Positions 26,279-41,349 of a DNA stretch of 64,000 nt are shown piece after piece. The DNA lies in NCBI GenBank assembly GCA_951406725.2, contig OX597824.1:2170001-2234000 (forward strand), read 5' to 3'. Below the pieces are notes generated by a model. That model worked only from the letters and a program-made list of their open reading frames with translations. It made no database searches and was not told the origin of the DNA. Both the position numbers and the translations under genes were made by a program. Each line of letters starts with the position of its first letter. Position 1 is the stretch's first letter. The stretch is from Octopus vulgaris (lineage: Eukaryota).

Positions 26279-29251
26279 TACAGAATTATATACCATTCAT
26301 GATTTTCTTAAGTGGACAATTAGACCGTCTTATAGACTACCTCCGGTATTTGTGCAGACGTTTTAAGTTCAAATCACACCGAGGACAACATCGACTTCGG
26401 GATTAAATTTTTTATTAAATTTTCATTTAACACAATTTTGATTAAATATTCAATGAAATAGGTGTCTTCGAACTACTTATTGCATTATAAACACTGTACC
26501 CATGCTTTTCACTAAATGAACGGCGTAAGTGTAACTCTTCGAAATGGAATATATATTACTACGTGAGCTTCTGAACATAAAGTTGCATCATACATTAAAG
26601 AAGCACTTGCATATAAAAATAGGCTGCAACGCTTCAACATTCTAGACAAAGCAAAGCTAACAAATCTCTACTCTTTAATATCGTCCTTTCCTTTCCACTA
26701 ATTCTATATTACAACCGTTCAGAATTTCTGTTTCCGATGGTTGTTTATTACAATATTCACCTCTCTTTTATCTCGCCATCCTTTTAATTCTGTCTCGTAT
26801 GTCTCGGTTTTTTAAAACTTACATCGTTATAATCGTTTCGTTATAGAACTGCAATACCCTAATTTTTTCCTGTCTTCCCATATCACCTTCTATCCCTACA
26901 GGCATCATCTGCAATCTCCTCAGAAGTGGAGAATCAATGAAAGCAGTGTGGGACCGTAATGCAAAAATATGAAAATAAAAATAAAAGAAAACGATGCACG
27001 GAGGTGTTATTAGTGAAACATTTTAAATACGGAAAGTAGAATTATATATCGTTCGGAACTTAACAAAATCTTTAGACCACTGGTTTGAATGCCTTCAGTA
27101 TTTGTAATGGTACTTCGAGTTCAAATCTTATGGCGACCAGCTTTACCTTTCATTCCTTTTCTGTTGATATATAGAATCGCAGTCAGATATTGGAGTCGGT
27201 TTAGCCTTTTCTTCTTTCTTCCCCCCTCTCTTTGTTCGAATTGCTACTTGAAGAATTCAAGAAAGAAATGATCACGCGCAGTCCCACAGATCTACACGAC
27301 ATTAGAAGAAAGGTAACTTTCTCTAATGTATAGAGGAAGTGGCTAACTGGAATGAAATGGTTAAAAGCAGTATTAAAGGCCAAATCGCAGAACATAATCT
27401 TACAAAACTCCTTTAAACCATTGGTCATGTGTAGCTGCTTACTTGTCGTAAACCAATAACCTGAAATAACAGTTGACTTTCATTGAGTTATTTTTGTAAA
27501 ACTATTCTATTATTTTAAAGGTTGTTTCGACAGCATTAAGCCAAAAGTCAAGTCTAGATGAGATCCAGATGTAACGAATCTTTTTCTAAATCTAATATAA
27601 TTCATAATTTCAGATTTAGGTATTTCCTACACTGAAGTTGAATATCAAGTACTGACTGACAGAACAATTTATTCCAAAATAAATTTTCAGAGAAGTAGAT
27701 GAGTAAATATTTATGAAATGTCAAAACTCGGTAAATCTTATAAGTATTTCATGTTTATATTTAGATTACCTGGCATCCGTCATCTCTCAGTCAACGCTTC
27801 TTTCTTCTCTTTATTATAATATTCAGTTACTTGTTACGTTGGTTGGAGCACGGCCAGTTTTACACACACACACACACGCACACATACACGCGCACACACA
27901 TGCACATCTCTATCTGTATGCGTTTGTGTGTGTGTGTGTGCATCTGTGTATGTGCATAAGCCTGTGGGTTACATTTTTGTAATAATGGTTTTAAGCTGTA
28001 AATTGATGGAAATACTTGGTAGCGTTTCAGTCAATCTCTCGGAAGAGAAGTTACTAGGAACCTCAATTTGTTACTCTTTATTACAAAGACTTTATTATAC
28101 AATTGCATATAGTTCTAGTACTATCTACAAGGATATGGTCCCAGTACATTGGCGTTTATTAACGGAAACTATGACTGAAATGAGTGAGTCTCCTGATAGT
28201 TATGTTCCTTAGGAGAGTTACTATGCAGACTCCAGTATTATGTGGTAGTTACAACCCTTTCCTTATTTACGAATTTAAAGTAGTATTCGCAGACGTAGTC
28301 CACAGAAAGTAGAGACACACACGACGGCGCCTCTGATACACTCAGCCATCACTCGCGATCGGATATGGTTTGGTAAGGTGTACGGTCCCTTTTCTAACCG
28401 TTTCAAATGCCATTGGGATCGGAGAAATCACAGGAAACTACAGATGCCCCAGCAAAACATGCAGGATACAACGGTTAAACTGATTAGATTGAATTAAGGG
28501 CAAATTAATTTCCTAACTGATCGAAGAAAATGCCTTGCATGTGACCTGTCGTCTTTCTTCAAAGTCATCGATTTCAACCTGGCGTTTAATAATTTTGAAC
28601 AGAATTCTGTTCGATTTTATTATTTCTTGAATAAATACGTTCGCCACAATAATATCACGATGTAAGAAAATCAGTGAAAATGGATAACTTATCGTGTTTC
28701 CCACAATTAAAATTTGCTCCATCCTCACAGCAGTAGGTTTTGACTTGGTGAATTTGCAGAACTTCGACGCTGATACAGATATGAATTTAGTTACTTTTAT
28801 GCCTCAGGCATAAAAGATATAAACATTTGACTTACTTTGTAATTGAAAACATGACTGCCACATGTTTGAATTTTTATATTCTATCATAAATCTTGAAGGA
28901 ATGCAAGCCATCAATGGCAATCTCATTCCTAAAGAACAGGAACTGGTCAATGATCTTTATCATTTCCCACTCTTGATTCCGTGTTAATTCCCTGGAATTG
29001 TTTATATTCATCATTTATAGCTTCAAAGAGTTAACGCCAAAAACTGTCTTTTGTTTTCCCTGGTTTCCGGTATCCGAAATTATATGTAACATAGTTTGAT
29101 GATTTTAAACTCATCACATAGACTAGCTAATAGCAACTACTACATTATCCAGACGATATATTTTAGGAACGTTTCTTTCTTTGGCTTCAAATAATGAAGT
29201 ATTAAAGCAAAAAGTAGAGGAAGCAATCTCCCAATTTCTCTCTCTTGTTCT

Positions 29252-29297
<46 letters not shown>

Positions 29298-29355
29298 AAC
29301 ATACATACATACATACATACACGCATGCATATATATATGTGTGTGTTAATATAAG

Positions 29356-29386
<31 letters not shown>

Positions 29387-29444
29387 TCGTGTTTATATTT
29401 AACACACACATAAACTCACAAGTATACACAAACACACACACACT

Positions 29445-29483
<39 letters not shown>

Positions 29484-29941
29484 GGCCTCACTTTTCTTCC
29501 TCCGTATAGTTCTTGATCAACTGTGTCCACGTTTTTCGAGAGTTAGGATCGAACACGAAACCCACAGGTTCAGAAACGGTGTGCATAACCTCACAACCAC
29601 ATATGCGCCCCTTTATATAATTCAGGTCTCGGTTTGTTTTTTACTTCTGCCCGTCTCCGTCATCATTTACTCATCCTCACTTCGTACGTAAACATCGGAT
29701 GACACTGTCATGCGTTCCTCGAGGTGAATTGTAAAAATACCGACATGGTAGGCAAACTGAAGAATGGTCAGCATAAACATCGCCACTTGATCGAATTGAC
29801 TTCAGGGTCAATTCAGAAAATGAAATCTGATTAAATCAGTATATATGTGTGAGTGTGTGTGTCTGTTTGTGTGTGCGTTAGTGTGTGTGTATGTATATAT
29901 ATATATATATATGTGTATGCATCTGCGTGTATATATATGCA

Positions 29942-29993
<52 letters not shown>

Positions 29994-30261
29994 TATAGGA
30001 GGATAAGAAAAATATCTTGTCTGTAAAAGATTTGTGACTATTCGGTGGTGCAGAAGTATTTTTACTTCTATCATTAGCGATATAGGTACTCATGTATTAC
30101 CCTTGTCTATATATATATACATTCTGAAACGCACACATACATGCATACACACACTTCTATGCATACATACATACATGTGTATGCACACACACACTGACCC
30201 ACACACGTGCGCACAAAGAAACCCCCCCAAAAAACGCAGCTCAGATAATGGACAGAATCAA

Positions 30262-30386
30262 CGATTAATGAAGAGGTTGTAAGACGCAACGAAAATTTTA
30301 GGGAAAATAAATGAGTGGAAACTCTAACGGTGAGTGAGTTAAATAGGAAGGCGCTAAAAGAGTATTACTCTCTCCAGACATAACTA
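30262..30386 (+). mobile_element. Hammerhead mini-element family C (homologous to the arms of the 58 kb palindrome), ending at (TA)n
   Basis: tta-ATGAAGA-g-gttgt-aagac-gcaac-GAAA-at-TT-tagg at 30265-30302; downstream 'gtggaaa...ctct.ccagaca' matches 58240-58287. Confidence 0.7.
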
Positions 30387-30406
30387 TATATATATATATA
30401 TATATA

Positions 30407-30560
30407 GGGAGAGTTTACGAAAAAAACAAAAGATGAAGATAGGTGGTGTACAAAACAAACAGATGTATAAGTGTAACGCTCAGGAATGGAAAAAGTCTTT
30501 TACGTTTCGAGCCTACGCTCTTCTACAGAAAGGGACACAGAAAAAACAAGGAGAGAAACA
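30407..30560 (-). mobile_element. Hammerhead mini-element family A, copy 2
   Basis: Homologous to 6133-6350 and 39203-39392; its 3' end abuts (TA)n at about 30385-30406. Confidence 0.85.
30497..30532 (-). ncRNA. Minimal type-I hammerhead-like motif with A6U core variant (best-preserved copy)
   Basis: rc reads CTTT-CTGTAGA-A-GAGC-gtag-GCTC-GAAA-CG-TA-AAAG: stem I CTTT/AAAG, stem II GAGC/GCTC, palindromic CG stem III, GUA cleavage triplet. Confidence 0.65.
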
Positions 30561-33500
30561 ATATGTAAAATACATATATAAATGTGTGTTTGTGTGTGTA
30601 CGGAGAGAAGGAGAGAGAGAGAGAAGGAAAGAAGACGAAAGATAGATACGTGAATGAATACATGCTTAGGCAAATGTATATACCCTCTTGATAGGCGGTT
30701 CTATATATTTGTATTTTTATTCGCATATATATTTTTTACCTTCTGTGTATTTTTTATATATGTATTCTTCTATATGTTAAAAGCGATCGTAATATTTCCA
30801 TATGATCAAATGTATGGAAGCGTGGTGAAATTTAAAGTCGTTAACTCGAATTTGTTTTCTGTTCTCTAATCAGTGTTTTTTTTTTTATGTCTATCTCAAT
30901 CTCATTTGAGAACTTCTTTTTTACAGACTTACAAATTTTTTTGTCTCCATAAAAAGATGCAAAAATTATTTTTGTCGCATAAAAAAATGTTTATAACCAC
31001 TTTTCGAAGAAATTCTTTTTAATTCCAACTAAAGGGCAGCAGTTTTTAGGAGAGGGGACAATTTCATTATGTTGATTAGTAGGTGATGTGATGAAAGCAA
31101 AATTTGACTTCTGCGAGATTAGAAATTAGAAATGCCTCAGGCAATTGGTCCAACCCTCTAACAATTCTTCTCGTTCGCCACTTTTTGCGAAGAAGATAAT
31201 TGCATTACTCGCCTTGCGTATACACCCCGAGTGCACGCATTCTCATACATTCTTCATGTTCTTCTTCCTGTCTGGTAGATTTACAAAATTGTTAGACGTA
31301 CAAAATGTTATTTAGTTACGATCATTATATGTTGCGCTTTCAATCGCAAATTCAGTAATACTTCACTTTTAACCTTCCTCAAAGTCAGTGTAAAATAACA
31401 TTAGTCCATTACTACAGTCGCGATTTATAATTGGTTATTACACCCTAAATACGAACGTAATTACAACCAATAACTAAGACTATTTGAGATAATGAAATAA
31501 ACGAACATTTAAAATGTTTTTTTCACAAAATGTTTTACAAAATATTTTTCTTACTTCCAAGATATGTATTCCAAATTAGAACTCTATTAATATATCTACG
31601 AGAATAATTCCCAATACTTTACCCAAAACTTTCAAATCTAATTATGTAACTTAATGAGGCTGATTTAATATTTTCACAACATTACTTTTTTTCCTTCACT
31701 GCTTTACATGAAGAGGGAAAACATACTGATAAGATCCATTAGCAAAATATATATTTTTTTCATAATTTGCCACCATTTCAAGTAGCTTTCAAAGATTTTC
31801 ACTGTTATATAATATTTGTGTTTGTGAGTGTTTGTTGTGCGTATGGATGTTTATATATTTGCTATTTCATTCTATGTGTGTGATTCCTTGCGCTTGTGTG
31901 AGTGTAGTGTTTATTTCTCTGTGAGTTGTTTCTCTGCGAGTCTATTTACACGTACAGATATAAGATATTTTGTGTGTGTGTACACATTTGTGTGGAATTT
32001 CTATGGATATGTGATTGATGTTCAGCGTGTATGCGCATTCGGTGTTATGGTTTAGTAGGCTTATCACTAAGTCTGTGTTAGGTTTGACTGTGTGTGGGGC
32101 GAAAAAAATGTTAGTTGTGCGTGATTTTGATTTTGTGTATATATCGTGTGTATATGAGTATATACACCTGATTTTGTGCACGCGAACAAGTGAATACATG
32201 GGCAGGTATTCAATATATTTCTATGTATTATGTGCGTTATAATTAGATAGCGAGATTAGATTAAATGTAATGAAACATAATGGAGGACATATTTAAAATA
32301 AACACATTTTTCGTGATTCTTATCTCCCAAATGCATTCCAGTAAATCGAGGTGAAGGAATATAGGGAAACATATTCCGAAGAAGGATGATATGTTATCAA
32401 ATAATTAACTAATAATATGGAATATGCTACTGATAATACATATCGTTGTCAGAATATTTTCAATAATATACTGGTAATGATATATCAATATTTATATCGA
32501 TATGATATATTCTAGAGATTCATTGTATATTATACATCCATATATACGATACTCCTTTCGATAGCAATGACTAATTTCTTTCTGTCACAATATATCAAAT
32601 GTTGAGGATGATCGTTTTCATTATCTTAATTACTATATCTACCGTATTGATGGCTCTCTCCATATGATCGATTACATTGGAGCTCTTTGTAGATCCATTC
32701 CAGCCATTGAATTGCATTTTAAAATCACGTGCTTGTTTTATCAATCTTATTTAAAGTATCATGTCCAAATTTTCCATGAAGTCCTTGAAAATATAATCTC
32801 GACACTGAATTTCTTGATTGTTTAACGCGCTCTTCACCCCCTACTTTCTTTTGCTCACACAATTTATCTCTTCTCCTTCATCATCTATTCATTAGAACGT
32901 GGCTTTTGAAGCCGCACCGTCGTTCTGTACCTCGATAAAAAAAAATTTCAATCTCATTTTCACTCGTCTCTACTGTACCTTAGCATTTCGGCATAATTCT
33001 TAAGCATTCTCTTTTCCACATTATAAAGCACATTCCTACGGAGATGATAGTACCCTTTAGATCTTAGTATTTTGTAACAGGGATCATTGGTTATTTCCTC
33101 ACAATCAAGATGTCCCATGCAGATTTGCAATGCGCAACAAATATCTCGCTAATTTCCTTTGGACATCCTCAAATGAGAAACTGTGGTTATGTGGCTTCAT
33201 CCTTTATCACTGAAACAATCCCTATGTATGTAAAAAATTAAAAAAATACACATAATACTCTTACTGTTAATGAAGGACAGACAACTAAATTTGCGGTGCA
33301 GCTTCAAATGTTACGTTTATCATCTTTAAGACTGTAGACATATTTTATCTAAATATTCTAAACTTAAGTCTTCCTCTCAAAGCCAGAAAATGGCTCGGTT
33401 CTTTGCAGTTATATTTTATAAAGCACATGAAGGATCTGCATGAGATTACTGACTTACTTTTTGTTAAAACTCTTCTGCAACATACAGAAATACCCAGGAC

Positions 33501-34246
33501 AAAATGATAAAGCTGATTGGAAAAGATTCTCATACGAACACACAACACTCACATACCCGAAACGGCCTCTTTCACTTTCTTGTACTTTCTTCATCTTCAA
33601 TAATGGTATCCTCATGTTTTTTCCCCTTCCAAATCAAGAATTTGCCTATCTTATCAGATTTTATCCAGTCATTCTCACTGTGAAATCCCTGGTTTGTCAT
33701 CAAACTGAAAATCTAATGATAAACACCCCCCCTTAATAATCGCCTTACCCATAAACCATCCATGATGAAAACACTCCTGTTTATCTATACATGGATCAAC
33801 CAAAATATATGTAAGATGGACATGAACTCAATCGGTCTTTTCTGTATGGAAGTGAGAGGCGGATTTCGAATATGCCTATTCAAGTATCTTAATAACATGA
33901 AACTATTCATATGTATTTATAATTTCATCTTATTATGATACTTGAACAGACATATCTATAAAATATACCATGTATCTTAAAACACTCTTTCGGGCCCTGT
34001 TTATGCGTTAACAGACAGTCAGTAGCGACATCTACCTGGTTCGGCTGCTCAACATTGACAAGAGGCAAATACCCTGAAACTAGTCTGTAGATGCCAGACC
34101 AGCAAGGGGAAGCGGCTGACCTCCCCTGTTCGAAGGTTATAATGGACACAGGCTCGTATGTCACATAGCTAGCTAGAGGCGATAGCACCTTGGAGATAAT
34201 CGACGGCAGCATTTGTCCTATTTTTCTGGACTGCCATGTTACCAAC

Positions 34247-34312
<66 letters not shown>

Positions 34313-35329
34313 TATGTTCCAATATTCCGGTTACGCCTGGAATACACCTGGTTATAGCTTCCCTCAACAGCTACAAAGCAGTGCATAACAAAAATGGTCT
34401 GGAATAACGTATCCGGTTTAATTTCCACCGATTTTTAAAACAGGCTTAGTAAAATTTTTTAATTGACATTTTTTAATTGTATGATCTAACACATCTTTTT
34501 GACAATATCAATCTTTGTAAAATATCGAAATGTTTGGGTAGCGAGCAGAATTCTCTGTAACTATAGAACAATTTCCTAACAAGAGAAAAATACGTGGAGA
34601 TACAAAAAGAAAGTCAACTAAGAAAATTAATAACACGTAAATAAATAAAAATTAACAATCGATAGAAGATCAAAGATATATATTTTCATTTGTTTGTTTG
34701 TTTCTCTTTTATTGAAAAACGAGTTGATTTTTATCTAAACAACTCTAGGCAAAATGAAACTTGACTCGTTTCTACTTTTAGTCAATAATTTTATCTGTTT
34801 GTGAATCCCAGAAACCTCCGAGCAGTTCAGATCGGCTTAAAATGATTAAAATATGGAAGGTGAAAAAATACACAACAGACGAAACGAAATGGAATATTCA
34901 TGAACCTGCTGCTTTAACTTTATTGGGTCTCTACTGTGGATATTATCGTAAAACAAGCACATAAAAATATGTGTGTTTGTGTGTGCGTTTGGGTTTGTGA
35001 TTGTGTTTGTGTTTGGGTTTGGGTTTGTGTGTGTTCGTGTGTATGTACATACACACAGCTGTCCGACACTTGAAGTCTTTTTCCTCCCACGAAAATGTCA
35101 CGCTACACAGGCCTCCCCAAATGGTAGAATGTACATCATATTTGTCTGGGGTTTTTCTGTTGGTATAAAACGCAAATGCTTTGGAGAAGATAGAAAAATC
35201 ATCTCTATGTCCTTTGCTGAGTCATCTTCAAAACACCATCGTCCTCATCATAAAACAACTCTCTGATTGAAATTCTACATGTTTTGGAAGGAGTGATTTT
35301 TGAGTTCACTATACATTCAAACAGCAATC

Positions 35330-35490
<161 letters not shown>

Positions 35491-35493
35491 TAT

Positions 35494-35628
35494 AGGGAGA
35501 GTTTACAAAACAAACAAAAGACGAAGACAGGTGGTGTACAAAACAAACAGACGTATTTGTATAACGCTCAGGAATAGAAAAAGTCTTTTACGGTTCGAGC
35601 CTACGCTCTTCTACAGAAAGGGACACAG
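35494..35628 (-). mobile_element. Hammerhead mini-element family A, copy 3 (5'-truncated), flanked by TA repeats
   Basis: rc reads cttt-CTGTAGA-a-gagc-gtag-gctc-GAAC-cg-TA-aaag at 35585-35620. Confidence 0.85.
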
Positions 35629-35646
35629 ATATATTATATATATATA

Positions 35647-35699
<53 letters not shown>

Positions 35700-35703
<4 letters not shown>

Positions 35704-35795
35704 TAGTTGAATGAATTATCTTATTAAGGATAATTCGAATTAACCGATACCTGGGTAGCAAATTCACATCAGAAAAAACACGGTTGAAGTTACGT
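35700..35795 (-). repeat. TA-abutting dispersed repeat (family H), homologous to 42517-42617
   Basis: 'atgaattatctt.tta.ggat.attc...ttaaccgatacctg.gtagcaaa.tcaca.cagaaaa.acacggttga.gttacg' equals the reverse complement of 42517-42617. Confidence 0.8.
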
Positions 35796-35863
35796 GCCTA
35801 GGGCATAGATTACGTGCTCTCGTGTGGAAATTTGTATGTTTATTTAAAAAATATAAATATATG

Positions 35864-36267
<404 letters not shown>

Positions 36268-39161
36268 TTCATTCGTCGTCATACAAGACTGCCGTTGGTT
36301 TCGTGTTGAGAGTAATGTGAATGGTAGCCTGTTTATCCCACGTACAAACAATATTTATCCTCCAATGCTGTGTTGTAAACTCATTCTCACCTTTCGATAA
36401 TCACGTTTAAATATGTGTGTATGTGCTTGCGTGTGAATGTTTGCTTGCGTGTGTGCCTGTGTATAGGTGTGTGTGCATGGGCGTGTGTGTTCGTGCGTGC
36501 ATGTGATCGTGTGTGTATATTGAGAATCGAAATGTATCGAACTTTTAGCATTCTGCTTGACGTATGGAAGCCGTCCACGCTGAGTCTATAGCAGAACACT
36601 TAGATTACTGTTCGACAGATTTACCGCCCAGACAAAACTCCCCGACTGACACTATCCTCATTCAAAGGCTGCCATGGCGATCGATACGTACCGAACGATT
36701 CGCCCCAGTTAATAAACCACCACTTGGCGATCACCTCACAGATCGGTCGGCCGGCCTACTTCATCGGTAGCCCTGCATATAATCAGGACATTATGGTTAC
36801 ACTGATGCTTCAACTCTGAGTATCTAATGAGTTAGATATTAGTCTTTGCATAGAGGAAGAGAGCGAGAGTGATGAAAGAAGGAGAGACATGCAGAGATAA
36901 AACAGAAAACAGAAAACATCTCCGAAGACAGGGTGGGTGGTGACGGGGAGATGTATGGCTTGAAAGCGAAGCAAAGAGTAGGTGAGAGATAGGTAAACAT
37001 AGAGGAACTAGGATTTTATGTTCAGGTAGCTCTTATATATTTCATACAGAATGATGCATTGCGACATTGAGAATACATTTCACCGAGTCCAGAACCTGGA
37101 GGTTATAAAGGTTGATAACTTACCAAGTCCACATTCGTTGTCACTGCTTACTTTATATTTCCTACTTAGAATGTGATGGACCCACGTAGTACCGATGACA
37201 ACAAATTATCGAATCAACTGTTAATTAAGATACATACCTTGTCACCTTTCTCGGTAAAACCTACTTCCTGAATCTAACATAATATAAGGCAGCTAATGAC
37301 AATTCCATAAGACGCCAGCGCCTTCTTGTCGACATTCTTCATACACCTGATATATATGTTTGGATGTTTAAATATACAAGAAATTATACTCATAGAACGT
37401 TGAATCTTTAAAAGGACCTTCTGTTAATATGAAATCACAGTAATCTCCACAGTTCTGTCTTGGGTAAATACACTAATCAATGTTTTGGTTTTTCAACAGG
37501 AGAACGACCAAGAGAATAGTGGATGGAGAAAGTTATATTTATCTAACTATCAATGAATCTTTATTAGAAAGGGCAACTTAATTTATAAATCGAATTCCGA
37601 TTGCTTGATTAATACACGAAATTAATTGTTTATTAGCTCAAGTGAAAATCTAAGTTATTTAATTCCTTCGATATTCAAGCTGTATTTATTAAAGTATTCC
37701 GATTAAAATTATAAATTAAGTCATGATTTGAGCATAAGCATAATTATTTAACGGTAAAATATGTCTCCTTTGGGCACTGGGATTAATAAATCGCTATTTC
37801 ATTTATGTTACACGTCTCGTCCAAGTAAATGCAATCTATAGCAATTAACAGTATCAATAAGGCTGTCGGTGAATTGATATTAAAGTGGAGAAATGCCAGA
37901 ATTGTTACAGCGTCGAACAGAATAATCGTGATATCTATTTTAAATCTTAGCGAGTGTAAGTTCAAATCCTGCCGCCGTAAACTCTGCAATTCTCTTGTTT
38001 GTGGTCGATAGTGGTTTTGAATTTGCGAAAATGTAACAACGTTGGCCCAAAGTTTTTTTTTTTGTTCTAGCTCTTTGAGCTCTGAATTCAGATCCTATAG
38101 TCATTCGTCTTACAACAACCATCATGCACCTTGAGTAGTTATTTGAGGTCCAGTTTCCAGATGGTAACTACATCATTTCAATCCACCACTTCGTCAATTT
38201 CAGTATATGACAACCATTATTTTATGGTATGTTTGGGAATATTTCGTACTATACGTCATAGTAGTAGTCAGAAACATATAGCAGAATATTTAAGACTTGT
38301 TATAGACTGATTTTTTTCCCGGTGTTGGATGTAAATTGAAAGTCTTAATAGCAGGTGTCCTTTTATATAATGGCTAGGTCTATTTTTCTATAAATTCATA
38401 ACCCTCTTTGTTCACCGTTGTTTCTGAAAACGAACAAACATAAATATCTTAAATGCCAAGGCTACGAAAGGCTGTTGTTTTCTAATTTTATCATGTTTAA
38501 ACTTTTTGTACTTTCTCCCATGTTTATACAATAATAAAAAAAAACAAGCAAAATGCAGACGTAATATCATCTTTTATCATTCTAACAATACAATTATGTT
38601 TTACATATAGATACAATATTTTCAATACATTGAAAATTTTCTGAGTTTTTATGTAATTTGGTAACATGAATGCTTTCAGAATCAGTTGCTTACCTTTATT
38701 TCCTCTTTTGCTCTTCCCCTTTCTGCCCAAATTTTTTTTTCTTTCCATATTTTTTTACTTATATGTTTTAATTCTATATCACTACCTATGTCCCTTTTTA
38801 CCTTAATAATAAAAAAATAGGAAAATCTTTATAGCAGGTGTGTAAATATACTTATATAAGTAGAATTATATAGCAAATATTCCATAACTCTTTATTCAGT
38901 TTAACAATATGCGACTGCAGTGTAATGGAGACGAAAAAATACTAAAATAACCAGGTTTATTGTCATGTACACTGTATCTACATTCAATATATCATAACTT
39001 CGAGTTTATCTAGAAAAAAACCAATGTCGATATCGGGTTTCTGTAAAATAGAACAGAATCATGCAATAAATACTTGTAGGGCCTCGTTTAAACTGACTGT
39101 ATTTTGATAGGAAAAGATATTTCTGGTATGCTACGCTCATAGACTTCTGATTATACATACA

Positions 39162-39201
<40 letters not shown>

Positions 39202-39202
39202 A

Positions 39203-39392
39203 GATCGTTAGCCACTACAAACATTCTTTTTCTCGCCTTGTTTCTCTTCTTGTTTTTTCTGTGTCCCTTTCTGTAGAAGAGCGTAGGCTCGAAACGTAAA
39301 ATACTTTTTCTATTCCTGAGCATTATACTAATACATTTGTTTGTTTTGTACACCACCTGTCTTTGTCTTTTGTTTTTTTCGTAAACTTTCCC
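39203..39392 (+). mobile_element. Hammerhead mini-element family A, copy 4, with (TA)n on both sides
   Basis: Starts gatcgttagccactaca like the 6133 copy; cttt-CTGTAGA-a-gagc-gtag-gctc-GAAA-cg-TA-aaat at 39267-39302; ends tttccc then (TA)n. Confidence 0.85.
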
Positions 39393-40851
39393 TATATATA
39401 TATATATATATATATATCAAAGGAGACTCTGTCCTTATTCGACGTTTGCTAAACAGAGTTAGTTCAAACGAAATTTTAATGGTCGAATTAACAAAGGTTT
39501 TGCCAGCACCGGCACAAACTAAATGTTCGACATTTACTGATGAGTAGTTAATATTAGACACATAATACACATTCCTTACAAGTATCAAGGCCTGTGTCTA
39601 AGACGCAGAAATCGATATTAAACAATAAGAAATCCTAGTAATCATTAAGCTAGATTTTTATGAAATTTTGTTCGGAATTTTTATCATTCAATAAGATATT
39701 GTTAAGATCACGTGAATCCTCCAGAAGATTTATTCCGTTGCCATTTATAATGTCAGCCATTAATAGACACTGTCAAATATTCTATCGAGTGGAACGGCTT
39801 CAACCGTGTGTTACAAATCAATACATTTAAAATGTAGCTTTCGTTAGTCGGTTATTGTAACTAAACTCAATTGTTCTGCATTCTGTTCTGTTTATTCCAG
39901 ATATCTGAAACAACGGAATTGTCTTGGAGGCCTACCAAATATGGTTATTTTATGATGAGGATGTTGTTTACTACTTGATGTATCTTGACACGTTTCCTGC
40001 CTTTCATGAAAAGAAACTGATGTTTCAGTAAACAATATATTAACTAACTGGGTTGTCTGTAAACATCGAAGTCAGACGTCTAATTGGCATATATCTAATT
40101 AGGCAAGGGAAAAGCTTTTAGTGATAATAGTAAATATATAATGTTTGGTAGAAAAACAAAGTATCTAAAGAAGACACATTAAAAATTAATAGCTATTTAG
40201 ACTATCGACCGTACTAGTAAAATAAACCTTACCAACAAATGCATAAACAAATTCTTACTAAATTATAATAAAATTCATGCGAATTTCATTATGGATAATA
40301 CGTTTTAGTAACGAAAATTGTGATCGCAAAAGTTCTTAGCGTTTCGAACGTTCAGTGAACATTATCGTGAGATAATATATTAATTCTTGTAACTACTTCA
40401 TTTATATTGATTAAAATCTACAAAAATCGGAAATAGAGGACATCGTTTTAAGCTTTAAATTTTATATTTGTACAAAATATCGTTTTAACGTATAGACCTT
40501 ATCATATTTTTGATATTGCTGACAACTACGAATATAGCAAAACAATGTGCTTCTCTAAATCAATAAAACTTAGAGAAGCATGAAAAGATGAGGAACATTT
40601 GAAAGTAGAAGGGAGAGAGAGAAAGAAGGAGAGAAAGAGCAAAAAGAGGGAACAAATAAAGAGAGAGAAAGGGAAGAAGATGAAATAGTGTGATATTAAT
40701 CGGAGGAAATTGTACAAGTCAGTTGCAAGAATGATATTATTCACATACGTCCGGATTTTGTAGAAAAAGAAAATAAATATGTCGTACTTTCTACAAACAA
40801 CTGACACAGCTTTAGATAAAAGTAACCATTTATGTATCTTAAAGTATATGT

Positions 40852-41205
40852 GACTATGTGGTAAGAAGCTTACTTCCCAACCACACGCTTCCGGGTTCAG
40901 TACCACTGTGTGGCATCTCAGGTATGTCTTCTACCATAGCCTCGGGACGACCAAAACCTTGTGAGTGGATTTGGTAGACGGAAACTGTAAGAAACCTGTC
41001 GCATATATATATATATATGTATTCGTTACTTGTATCTGTGTTTGTCCCTCCACCATCGCTTACCAACCAATGTCTGTGTGTTTAAGTCCCCGTAACGTAG
41101 TGGTTCGGCAAAAAGATACCGATAGAATAAGATTTATTCGACTAAATGTGATGCTCCAGCATAGCCGCAGTCAAATGACTGAAACAAGTAAAGAATAAAA
41201 ATATA
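40852..41205 (+). mobile_element. SINE family S2 copy, slightly 5'-truncated
   Basis: Same head, internal (TA)n and 3' module as the 20867 copy. Confidence 0.88.
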
Positions 41206-41206
41206 A

Positions 41207-41268
<62 letters not shown>

Positions 41269-41305
41269 GTGTGTGTGTGTGCATGTGTGTATGTATGTTT
41301 GTATG

Positions 41306-41338
<33 letters not shown>

Positions 41339-41349
41339 ATGTAAAAAAT

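Noticed and set aside
28513-28790. Possible host exon or hAT transposase remnant on the minus strand
   Set aside because: Only a vague CEDGANFNCGKH similarity, short frames and no convincing splice or domain evidence.
32280-33300. Non-repetitive stretch that might be coding
   Set aside because: No sustained open frame in the ORF track and no recognisable motif.
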